Of a stretch of DNA of 46,250 bases, positions 8,155 to 16,513 are shown piece after piece; position 1 is the stretch's first letter; every line of letters begins with the position of its first letter. This DNA is from Candidatus Kaiserbacteria bacterium (lineage in GTDB: Bacteria; Patescibacteriota; Minisyncoccia; Phycocordibacterales; Phycocordibacteraceae), in assembly GCA_027451665.1 (NCBI GenBank), contig DAIDIW010000002.1, positions 1 to 46,250 of the forward strand, given 5' to 3'. A program made the translations under genes and the position numbers. Under the pieces are notes generated by a model. It saw only the letters and a program-made list of their open reading frames with translations, had not been told where the DNA came from and searched no databases.

Positions 8155-10233
8155 ATGGCTAAAAAGGCTGAAAACGAGATCAAGAAATCCTCCTATGACG
8201 CCTCGAGCATCCAGGTGCTCGAGGGACTTGAACCGGTCAGGAAGCGCCCGGGCATGTACATCGGGACGACCGGTCCCGAGGGCCTCCATCACCTCATCTG
8301 GGAGATCTTCGACAACGCGCGCGACGAGGCCATGGGCGGCTACGCCGACGACATCGAGGTGGCGCTCCTTCCGGGCGGCTACGTGCGCGTAGTCGATAAC
8401 GGCCGCGGCATTCCTGTCGGCATCCATCCGAAGACGAAGGTCTCGGCCCTGGAGACGATCATGACGACGCTCCACGCGGGCGGCAAGTTCGGCGGCGAAG
8501 ATTCCGGCTACAAGGTCTCAGGCGGTCTCCATGGCGTCGGCGCCTCCGTTGTGAACGCGCTCTCGACCAACATGAAAGTGCTCGTCCACAAGGACGGCGG
8601 GATCCACATGCAGGAATACAGGATCGGCAAGCCGCTCGCGAAGGTGAAGCAGGTCGGCAAGACGAAGCGACAGGGTTCGATCGTCATGTTCAGCCCCGAT
8701 GCGAGCATCTTCACTGGCGGCATTGAATGGAACTGGGAGAAAATTGTGAACCATCTTCGACAGCAGGCGTATCTTGTGAAGGACGTTCGCATCACGGTGA
8801 TTGATGCACGCGAGGACACGCGCGCCGGGATGGAAGCAGACGACGCATTCTACTTGCGCGAGCTCCCGCTCGACGTTCCTTCCATGACCTTCTTCTTCGA
8901 GGGCGGTCTCCGTTCGCTCGTCGCCTTCTACAACAAGTATCAGACACCGGTCCATAAGAACATCTTCTACGTCGACAAGGAGCAGGACGGCGTCGCCGTC
9001 GAGGTCGCGCTCCAGTACGTGGACGACATTACGCCGCGGCTCATTGCGTTTGCGAACAATATTTACAATCCTGAGCACGGGACGCACGTAACTGGTTTCA
9101 AGACGGCCCTCACGCGCACCCTGAACACCTACGGGCGCGCGGCGAACCTTATCAAGGAGAAGGACGAGAACTTCACGGGCGACGACGTGCTCGAGGGCAT
9201 CACCGCGGTTGTCAGCGTGAAGCTGCCGGAGATCCAGTTCGAAGGGCAGACCAAAGCGAAGCTCGGGAGCGTCGAGGCCCAAGGCGCGACCGCGACCGTA
9301 TTCGGCGAAGCGTTCGCGGCCTTCCTCGAGGAAAATCCCGACGACGCGAAGGCGATCGTGAACAAGGTGCTGCTTGCCTTGAAGGCGCGTAAGGCCGCGA
9401 AGGCCGCGAAGGACTCGGTGCTCCGCAAGGGAGCGCTCGAGGGTATGACGCTCCCAGGGAAGCTCGCGGACTGCCAGACGAAATCTGCTGAAGAGTCCGA
9501 GCTCTTCATCGTAGAGGGAGACTCGGCAGGCGGCACCGCGAAGACCGGACGCGACCGCCGTACGCAGGCCATCCTGCCCTTGCGCGGCAAGATCCTGAAC
9601 GTCGAGCGGGCGCGTCTCGACAAGATGCTTGCCTCCGAACAGGTGAAGAATCTCGTGGTCGCCTTGGGCACCGCGATCGGCGACATCTTCGATCTCTCGA
9701 AGCTCCGCTACCACAAGCTCATCATCGCGACCGATGCCGACGTGGACGGCGCGCACATCCGGACGCTCATCCTGACGCTCTTCTACCGTCATTTCCGCGC
9801 CATCATCGACGGCGGATTTGTCTACATCGCGCAGCCGCCGCTTTATAAGATCACCCGCGGTAAGGAGGTACGCTACGCCTATGTGGATGCGGAGAAGGCG
9901 AAGATACTGAAGGAGATGGGCGTCGCCGAAGAGGATGCCGTCGAATCGAGCGAAGAAGCGCCGATTGAGAACGAAGCTGAGGAGGAAGCGGGTGCGCCGA
10001 AGGTGAAGAAGAGCGCACGTGCGAACGTGCAGCGCTACAAGGGCCTGGGTGAGATGAACGCGTCCGAACTCTGGGAGACCACGATGGATCCGGCTCATCG
10101 CGTGCTGAAGCGGGTTACGGTCGAAGATGCCGAGGCTGCCGACAGGATCTTCGACATCCTCATGGGTACCGACGTCGCAAGCCGCAAATCGTTTATCCAG
10201 TCGAATGCGAAAGCCGCGACCTTGGACGTGTAA
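8155..10233 (+). CDS. gyrB: DNA gyrase subunit B
   Basis: YDASSIQVLEGLEPVRKRPGMYIG, GGLHGVGASVVN, EGDSAGG, ATDADVDG, QRYKGLGEMN. Confidence 0.97.
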   Translation: MAKKAENEIKKSSYDASSIQVLEGLEPVRKRPGMYIGTTGPEGLHHLIWEIFDNARDEAMGGYADDIEVALLPGGYVRVVDNGRGIPVGIHPKTKVSALETIMTTLHAGGKFGGEDSGYKVSGGLHGVGASVVNALSTNMKVLVHKDGGIHMQEYRIGKPLAKVKQVGKTKRQGSIVMFSPDASIFTGGIEWNWEKIVNHLRQQAYLVKDVRITVIDAREDTRAGMEADDAFYLRELPLDVPSMTFFFEGGLRSLVAFYNKYQTPVHKNIFYVDKEQDGVAVEVALQYVDDITPRLIAFANNIYNPEHGTHVTGFKTALTRTLNTYGRAANLIKEKDENFTGDDVLEGITAVVSVKLPEIQFEGQTKAKLGSVEAQGATATVFGEAFAAFLEENPDDAKAIVNKVLLALKARKAAKAAKDSVLRKGALEGMTLPGKLADCQTKSAEESELFIVEGDSAGGTAKTGRDRRTQAILPLRGKILNVERARLDKMLASEQVKNLVVALGTAIGDIFDLSKLRYHKLIIATDADVDGAHIRTLILTLFYRHFRAIIDGGFVYIAQPPLYKITRGKEVRYAYVDAEKAKILKEMGVAEEDAVESSEEAPIENEAEEEAGAPKVKKSARANVQRYKGLGEMNASELWETTMDPAHRVLKRVTVEDAEAADRIFDILMGTDVASRKSFIQSNAKAATLDV

Positions 10234-10239
10234 ACGAAA

Positions 10240-10343
10240 CGAGTAAAGCCCACGGCATCGTGCCGGGGGCTTTACTCGTTCCAGTCAGAAGGTCCCGATC
10301 TATACCTAACGTAATCCGCCCCGCGGCTTTCACGCGGGGCGGA
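10240..10343. terminator. Two hairpins between convergent gyrB and the CARDB-like gene
   Basis: cgagtaaagccc/gggctttactcg (10240-10278) and ccgccccgcg/cgcggggcgg (10317-10343). Confidence 0.65.
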
Positions 10344-10354
10344 TTGCCGCACGC

Positions 10355-11110
10355 TCAGGAGCCGAGGATGGTGAGCATCGCCGACGCGTCGTTGTTGGCC
10401 GTGGTCGCGTCCGAGCCGCCCGGGTTCAGGTGTATCGAGATGGACTGCTTCGCGCCGGCATTCGCCTCATCGAAGCCGAGCGTGAACTGGATGCTTTCAC
10501 CAGGGCGCAGCACCTGCTGTGTTGGCGCGGTGTAGACATAGGCGGTCTGCGTCGGGATCTTCGCGGTGAAGTTCCAGGGCTGCGAGATGTTCGTGCCCAC
10601 GTTCTTCACCGTGAAGACGATTGCCGGCCGGGAGCCGTGGGGGACCGTCGAGCTCGCGACGAAGGACTCTGCGGAGGTGGTCGCGAGATAGCCGATCCGG
10701 TCGATGGTTACCGCGAGGTCGGGAAGACCATAGTACGTGCCCGTCGGCGTAGCGCCCGAGATCGTCGTGGTCGTCGACGTCTCGCGTCCGGGTTGCGGCA
10801 CGGGGTAGTGAGGCGTTGCGGGCGTACGCGAGGTTTGCGGGGCGGCCGCGGTCGTTGATGAAGATGAGAGTGCGCTCTCGACCGTCGACGTCGCGTCAGG
10901 GACGACGGAAAGCGAAGGTCTCGGGGAAGGAGAGAATGCGGAACTCAGGTAGACGGCAGCGGCGCCGAGGTGATCGACGGCGGCAGGGACGAAGCGCGCC
11001 GAATAGACTGCGAGCCACATGCCAAGCGCGACGAGCGCGACGAAGCCAACAATCGCAAGTCCATTCCGGGCGGATTCGCGGGTTCCTGGGTTCGGGGTGA
11101 GCGGGTCCAT
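10355..11110 (-). CDS. Membrane-anchored protein with S/T/P linker and C-terminal CARDB-like Ig domain
   Basis: TM GLAIVGFVALVALGMWLAVY, low-complexity stalk, PDLAVTI, FTVKNVGT, LRPGES, ANNDAS. Confidence 0.8.
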   Translation of the reverse strand: MDPLTPNPGTRESARNGLAIVGFVALVALGMWLAVYSARFVPAAVDHLGAAAVYLSSAFSPSPRPSLSVVPDATSTVESALSSSSTTAAAPQTSRTPATPHYPVPQPGRETSTTTTISGATPTGTYYGLPDLAVTIDRIGYLATTSAESFVASSTVPHGSRPAIVFTVKNVGTNISQPWNFTAKIPTQTAYVYTAPTQQVLRPGESIQFTLGFDEANAGAKQSISIHLNPGGSDATTANNDASAMLTILGS

Positions 11111-11205
11111 GAGATAGGTAATTTACAATAATGTTATTGGCTGTCAAGCTTTCGTACCGCGGCTTGACGATATTGACAATACGGTGTATTTGTTGGCAAG
11201 ACGAT

Positions 11206-11898
11206 ATGGAGGGGTTGGTACGCATCACGGCTCGGCTCGTCCGGGCGGCCAGGCTTGCTTATACGAGGAAGTGGACCTTCCTTGCACTCACGCTATCCGT
11301 ATTCCTGCTGTCCGTGTATGCGCTTTCCGTCCTTGGGCTGCTTCCGGATGCACCGGTCGCTTCCGCCGTTCCTGCAGACGGGATAACGCTTGCGTCGAGC
11401 ACATCTCTCGTGGCATCTGTGGATGCCGCGCCCGCGCTTGCAGGGATTGGCGAAGACCCTGTGAAGATCTCGATTCCCGTCATCAATCTCTCGGCAACTA
11501 TCGCGAACCCTGACACGACCGACATCGCTGCACTTGATGCGCTTCTTCTCAAGGGAGCGGTCCGCTACCCGACCTCGGTAAAACTCGGAGAAGATGGTAA
11601 TCTCATCCTGTTCGGCCATTCGAGCTATCTTCCCGTCGTACGGAACCAGGCCTACAAGACCTTTGACGGCATCCAGAAGCTTCATCCCGGGGACACCATC
11701 ACGATCTATTCATCTGACGCCGCGTACCTCTATAGCGTGCGGAGCGTCGAGAAGGAGAATGCGACTTCAGCCGCGATCCCGCTGTCCGTGAGCGGGAAGG
11801 TACTCACGCTCTCCACGTGCGATTCTTTCGCCGCGAAAACCGACCGGTTCGTGGTCACCGCCGATTTTGTGGGCAGTCATCCGATTACGGCCTCGTAG
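11206..11898 (+). CDS. Sortase family transpeptidase
   Basis: N-terminal TM; V.I.IP.INLSATI, GAVRYP, GNLILFGH (His), F..IQKLHPGDTITI, LTLSTC (TLxTC), TDRFVVTA (Arg). The catalytic triad is complete. Start moved to ATG 11206. Confidence 0.92.
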   Translation: MEGLVRITARLVRAARLAYTRKWTFLALTLSVFLLSVYALSVLGLLPDAPVASAVPADGITLASSTSLVASVDAAPALAGIGEDPVKISIPVINLSATIANPDTTDIAALDALLLKGAVRYPTSVKLGEDGNLILFGHSSYLPVVRNQAYKTFDGIQKLHPGDTITIYSSDAAYLYSVRSVEKENATSAAIPLSVSGKVLTLSTCDSFAAKTDRFVVTADFVGSHPITAS

Positions 11899-11910
11899 CA
11901 GCAATCGGAT

Positions 11911-11930
11911 GACTCTTCGCAAGAAGAGTC
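11911..11930 (+). terminator. GCAA-tetraloop hairpin after sortase
   Basis: gactcttc-gcaa-gaagagtc. Confidence 0.5.
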
Positions 11931-12010
11931 CGGAGCCGTGGTAGCTCCGTACCGTACTTTCAACCATGCCTCTCTCGAAACGAGAGTGGCGCAATAGAGG
12001 AGGAACACCA

Positions 12011-13138
12011 ATGAGAAAGCTCATTGTCGTGCTCGTCGCGCTGCTCGCACTCGGGGTTGCGCCGAAGATCACCTATCGCTCATCGGCTCTGGCTACGGCA
12101 ACGCTGCCGCTGCCGGAGTTCAAACTGTCGCTTATTCCGGCAGCGGAGGCCGCCCCGCGCGGCAATCCGTATTGCCGGATGGCCGGTACGCCAAAGCGCT
12201 TGGCGTCGCTCATCCAGGCGTCGCTCGAGAAGGATCATAGCGGCAATACGCCGCTCGATCCCGTCGCGTGCCACGAGGCGCGACCGGCTACACCGAGAGA
12301 AATCTATGAGACACTGCGCAAGTCGGAGGCACCTATCGTCTCGCTCGCGCAGACACCTGACTATGTGCGTTCCCTCGTGCCAGTCACGGTGCATGGGCGC
12401 TACCGCTCGGCGTGCTTGGCCTACCGGTTCGGTGCGCACGGAAAGATCGAGTGGTATCCGCTCGTGAATTGCGTGACGCGCCATCTGCACCATGCGGAAG
12501 TGATGTGGGGCGACCCCGTCTCGCATAAGCCGATGCTGCAAAGCGACTGCGCCAATCCGGTGCAGGGCCCGGCCCGGGAGTCCGGCTGCGTGGACGTGCT
12601 CATCCCCGTCGAGAAGGGTGACGAGGTCCGGATCCACAACACGGGTCCGACCGACATCGCCCAGTATGCGTGCACGGGTCTCTTGCGGGCCGGCGAGACC
12701 GAATGGGAATCCCCCTTCGTCGAGCACTGTCCGGACCCGGAGTGCACGTTCTCGTTCGAGGACGAGCTTACCGATGCACCGAGTTGGGGCATCGGCAGCT
12801 GGGTTGCGCAGAAGAACGGCTATGCCATCGTGCGCGAGCCCGCCTTGGTCGCTACACAGTCTTCCGGCGACTACCGGTTGTGGATTTGTGTCCGTCGTGC
12901 AGACGGTACGCAGAGCTGCGGCCTCGGTGTCCGCTGGCAAGACTATACGCGCCGGGATGATGCGCAGGTCGCCCGGTGGTTCAGGATCGAGGACGTGAAG
13001 CACGCGCGGATTCCGAGTGCTGATCGCATGCTTGCGGTCATCTACTCGGACAAGGCGTCCTTCATGGCGGCGGGTTCGCCGCTCACACGTCTCGGGACGG
13101 TCTCGGAGCTCTGGCTCAATTGGAACTGTCCCTGGTGA
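12011..13138 (+). CDS. Secreted cysteine-rich hypothetical protein (12 Cys)
   Basis: Strong SD agaggagg before ATG 12011; signal peptide MRKLIVVLVALLALGVAP; no family recognised. Confidence 0.75.
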   Translation: MRKLIVVLVALLALGVAPKITYRSSALATATLPLPEFKLSLIPAAEAAPRGNPYCRMAGTPKRLASLIQASLEKDHSGNTPLDPVACHEARPATPREIYETLRKSEAPIVSLAQTPDYVRSLVPVTVHGRYRSACLAYRFGAHGKIEWYPLVNCVTRHLHHAEVMWGDPVSHKPMLQSDCANPVQGPARESGCVDVLIPVEKGDEVRIHNTGPTDIAQYACTGLLRAGETEWESPFVEHCPDPECTFSFEDELTDAPSWGIGSWVAQKNGYAIVREPALVATQSSGDYRLWICVRRADGTQSCGLGVRWQDYTRRDDAQVARWFRIEDVKHARIPSADRMLAVIYSDKASFMAAGSPLTRLGTVSELWLNWNCPW

Positions 13139-13237
13139 ATGTAGGTGCGGGCAGATGAACTAACCATCTGCCCGCACCGACCACCTCCTCTTTTTTGTAC
13201 GCCGCGCAAGCGGCGGGGCGGGTTCACGTATTTCATC

Positions 13238-16200
13238 ATGAAAAAAACAGCGCAAGAGCTCATCGCGTTCAGCAACCGACGACCGATACTTATCGGCCTC
13301 TTCACGGTGCTCGCTACGGTGACTTTCGGCATGACGATTGCATTCGCGACCGGCCTCACGACGCCCGCGCAAGTGTTCGCGCAGGTTGTTCCGCCGTGCT
13401 GTGTACCGCCTCCGGCACCCCCTCCGCCGCCACCGCCACCGCCACCGCCCCCTCCGCCTCCTCCAGCAGTCGTGCCCACCTGCACTCTCTCTGCAAACCC
13501 AACCGCGCTTCCGGTCGGCGGCGGCTCCGCGACCTTGCATTGGTCGACGAACGCGGCGACGGGCGCCGTCATCGATCATGGTGTTGGAAGCGTCTCTCCC
13601 GTCGACTCCGGTTCGACATCGGTGTCGCTCACCTCTTCTACCGAATACACCATGACCGTCTCGGGCCCTGGCGGCCAGACGACCTGCTCGGCTACGGTGA
13701 AGGTGACTCCGCCTCCTCCCACCTGTTCGCTCTCCTCCTCTCCGTCCTCGATCGTCGCGGGAGACGCGACGACTCTCTCCTGGACGACGGCGAATGCGAC
13801 CTCGTTCTCAATCGACAACGGCATCGGCAGCGTACGGCCGGTCGCTTCCGGCTCGACGAGTGCGACTCCGACTGCTTCGGTGACCTACACCGGTACCGCA
13901 ACGGGACCGGGAGGCACCGTGCACTGTAGCGCGCTGGTTGCAGTCATCCCGGTGCTCACGGTCTCCTGCGCAGCATCTCCTGCATCGGCTCAAACCGGGG
14001 ATATCGTGACATGGACAGCATCCGCTTCGGGCGGCACGGGTTCCTATGGTTACTCGTGGAGCGGTACGGACGGGCTTTCCGGGTCGTCCTCTTCAGTCAC
14101 GAAATCGTACGATACCGCGGGTACGAAACAGGGTACGGTTTCGGTAACGAGCGGATCCCAGACGAAAACGGCTTCATGCTCGGCAACCATCACGGCACCG
14201 CCTCCGCCGCAGCCGGGAGCGCCTACCTGCACGCTCTCTGCCGCGCCGACTACCATTACGCAGGGTGACTCCTCGGCGCTCTCATGGACCACGACCAACG
14301 CGAAGAGCTTCTTCGTTGACAACGGCGTGGGGTACCTCACGCCGGTCGCTTCCGGCTCAACGACCGTTACGCCGGCTTCCTCGGTAACCTACACCGGCAC
14401 GGCAGTGGGCTATGACGGCTCGACCGTTACCTGTGGGACGACCGTAAATGTTGCGAAGCTTCAGACGCCTGCGTGTACCCTCTCCGCGGATCCGGCATCG
14501 ATCACGCAGGGCGGTACGTCGGCGCTTTCGTGGTTCGTGACGGATGCGGACGCTTTCTCGATTGATAACGGCATCGGCGCGGTTACGCCGATTCATGCGG
14601 GATCCGTGAACGTCTCGCCAAAATCCACGACGACCTACACCGGCACGGCCACGAACAATAACGGCAGGACGGCGGCATGTACGGCTACCGTCACCGTAAC
14701 GAGCAACCCCGCGCCTACCTGCACGCTCATCGCGAATCCCTCCTCGATCACGAAGGGCGACTCCTCGACGCTCTCATGGACCACGACCGACGCGACCTCG
14801 TTTTCAATAGACAACGGCGTAGGCACCGTAACGACGAGCGGCGGTTCCACAACGGTCTCGCCGACCGCGGATACGACCTACACCGGTACTGCAACGGGAC
14901 CGGGAGGCACCGTGCACTGTAGCGCGCCGATCGCGGTGACCGCGCCGCAACCAGTGTCCTGCTCACTTTCAGCGAGCCAGTCACAGGTGAGTTCCGGTGA
15001 TCATATCGTGCTCTCCTGGAACGCGCCGGGAGCCGGTACATTCAGCATCGATCAGGGCATCGGGAGCGTGTCCCCGGCCATTAGCGGGACAACGACCTCG
15101 AAGGCTATCACGGCGGATATGACGTTCACCGGGACCGCGGTAGCTCCGGATGGTCAATCCGCGACCTGTACGACGACGGTCACCGTAGGCGAAGGCGGGG
15201 GAGGCGGCGGGCCTTCCTGCACCATGACCGTGAGTCCGACTTCTATGAATGCGGGCAGCAGCGCTACGCTTACTTGGGGCGGCGCGGAAATCTCGACGGT
15301 TGATATCGATAATGGGATCGCCACGGGCACGACCTCTCCGGGGCATCTCACCGTTGCCCCGACGACGGCCGGGACGTACACCTACACAGGCACGTTCCAT
15401 GCGACGACCGGGCAAACGCTTACATGTTCGGCGACGCTCGCCGTTACCAGCGGTGGCGGTGGCGGTGGCGGAGGTGGCGGGGGAGGAGGTGGCGTGCCGC
15501 CACCCACGGTGACGCTCTTCTCGCACCCGACGACGCAGCCGCTCGCATACCTCTATCTGTCTCAGATCCCCTACACCGGTCTTGATCTCGGGCCGTTCGG
15601 GACGGTCGTCTACTGGATCGCGCTCATCGGCTGGTCGCTTGCACTCGCGTACCTTGTCCTCTTCAACGCCATGCCGTTCGCGAATATGCGTCTGCGCACC
15701 TTCGGGGCACGTGTGGCCGCCACGATAAACGCGGCGCCGGAGATGATCGAGGCGCGTCTGTCGGCTCCGACGCACTCCGCACCCGTGCATGATGAGCCTC
15801 CGCCGGCGCGACCGAGCGCACCGCCCGCTTCAGGCTATTCGAGCTATGAAGGTTTCAAGTCGTTCGCAACCGGAGGGTCGCTTACGGTCGACGATATCGT
15901 GAAGGGTCTTTCGCGCCGCTCGGCGCCCGTACCGAAACAGGTTGAGCCCGTCTATGAGCACCTTGAGCCGGTATATGAGAAAGTAGAACCGGTCTATGAG
16001 CACGTGGAGCCCGTCTACGAGAGCGTTGAGCCCATACCAGCACAGCCGAACGCGACGAAACCGGCAGGTGCGCCCGCCCGCGCCTCGGAAGCCGTTCCCA
16101 TGCTCGTGCCCGCAGAGATCCCTGCGTTCCTTGAGATACTCGTTCGCGGAGACCGTGAGCAGGCGTTCGCGTATTTGCGCGCGGTCATACGCAGCGGGGG

Positions 16201-16435
16201 AGACGCGGAGGCGTTCCTTACACAAGTCGCTTGTGCGCTTGATGATGCATATCGCGCACGTCTCGAGGGGACGCCGGTGCATCCGGAGGTGAAGCGCCTT
16301 ACCGATGCGTGCGCAACGGCCGTCCTCGAAAAGCTCGTGACCGCCTTCGTTACGGCTGTCGATTCATCCTATTCGGTCGGTATCACGGGCGCGAAGCTCG
16401 CACTCACGAGGGCGCTCGCGACTCTGGGTGCATAG
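13238..16435 (+). CDS. Large surface protein: signal peptide, poly-Pro, 8 Ig-like/PKD repeats, Gly linker, IPYTG + TM sorting signal, cytoplasmic tail
   Basis: Repeats PTC-L-A-P...LSW...IDNG-G...TYTGTA...C-TV-V; IPYTG at 15566-15580, then a hydrophobic helix and RLR. Start moved to ATG 13238 (1065 aa). Confidence 0.9.
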   Translation: MKKTAQELIAFSNRRPILIGLFTVLATVTFGMTIAFATGLTTPAQVFAQVVPPCCVPPPAPPPPPPPPPPPPPPPPAVVPTCTLSANPTALPVGGGSATLHWSTNAATGAVIDHGVGSVSPVDSGSTSVSLTSSTEYTMTVSGPGGQTTCSATVKVTPPPPTCSLSSSPSSIVAGDATTLSWTTANATSFSIDNGIGSVRPVASGSTSATPTASVTYTGTATGPGGTVHCSALVAVIPVLTVSCAASPASAQTGDIVTWTASASGGTGSYGYSWSGTDGLSGSSSSVTKSYDTAGTKQGTVSVTSGSQTKTASCSATITAPPPPQPGAPTCTLSAAPTTITQGDSSALSWTTTNAKSFFVDNGVGYLTPVASGSTTVTPASSVTYTGTAVGYDGSTVTCGTTVNVAKLQTPACTLSADPASITQGGTSALSWFVTDADAFSIDNGIGAVTPIHAGSVNVSPKSTTTYTGTATNNNGRTAACTATVTVTSNPAPTCTLIANPSSITKGDSSTLSWTTTDATSFSIDNGVGTVTTSGGSTTVSPTADTTYTGTATGPGGTVHCSAPIAVTAPQPVSCSLSASQSQVSSGDHIVLSWNAPGAGTFSIDQGIGSVSPAISGTTTSKAITADMTFTGTAVAPDGQSATCTTTVTVGEGGGGGGPSCTMTVSPTSMNAGSSATLTWGGAEISTVDIDNGIATGTTSPGHLTVAPTTAGTYTYTGTFHATTGQTLTCSATLAVTSGGGGGGGGGGGGGGVPPPTVTLFSHPTTQPLAYLYLSQIPYTGLDLGPFGTVVYWIALIGWSLALAYLVLFNAMPFANMRLRTFGARVAATINAAPEMIEARLSAPTHSAPVHDEPPPARPSAPPASGYSSYEGFKSFATGGSLTVDDIVKGLSRRSAPVPKQVEPVYEHLEPVYEKVEPVYEHVEPVYESVEPIPAQPNATKPAGAPARASEAVPMLVPAEIPAFLEILVRGDREQAFAYLRAVIRSGGDAEAFLTQVACALDDAYRARLEGTPVHPEVKRLTDACATAVLEKLVTAFVTAVDSSYSVGITGAKLALTRALATLGA
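15941..16036 (+). repeat. Four tandem 21-nt coding repeats (V/L-E-P-V-Y-E-x) plus a partial fifth
   Basis: VEPVYEH LEPVYEK VEPVYEH VEPVYES VEPI; the codons differ synonymously between units. Confidence 0.9.
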
Positions 16436-16458
16436 GTGCGTCGCGTAATACAAAATGC

Positions 16459-16502
16459 GGAAGAGCCCGCCCGACTGCGTACGCGGCCGGGCGGGCTCTT
16501 CC
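16459..16502. terminator. Hairpin between the convergent surface-protein gene and thrS
   Basis: ggaagagcccgcccg/cgggcgggctcttcc, a perfect 15-bp stem. Confidence 0.7.
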
Positions 16503-16513
16503 TGCGGCGGGGC

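Noticed and set aside
13405-15495. Poly-Pro and poly-Gly tracts as phase-variation sites
   Set aside because: They use mixed codons in triplet units, so slippage would not shift the frame; they are best read as linkers.
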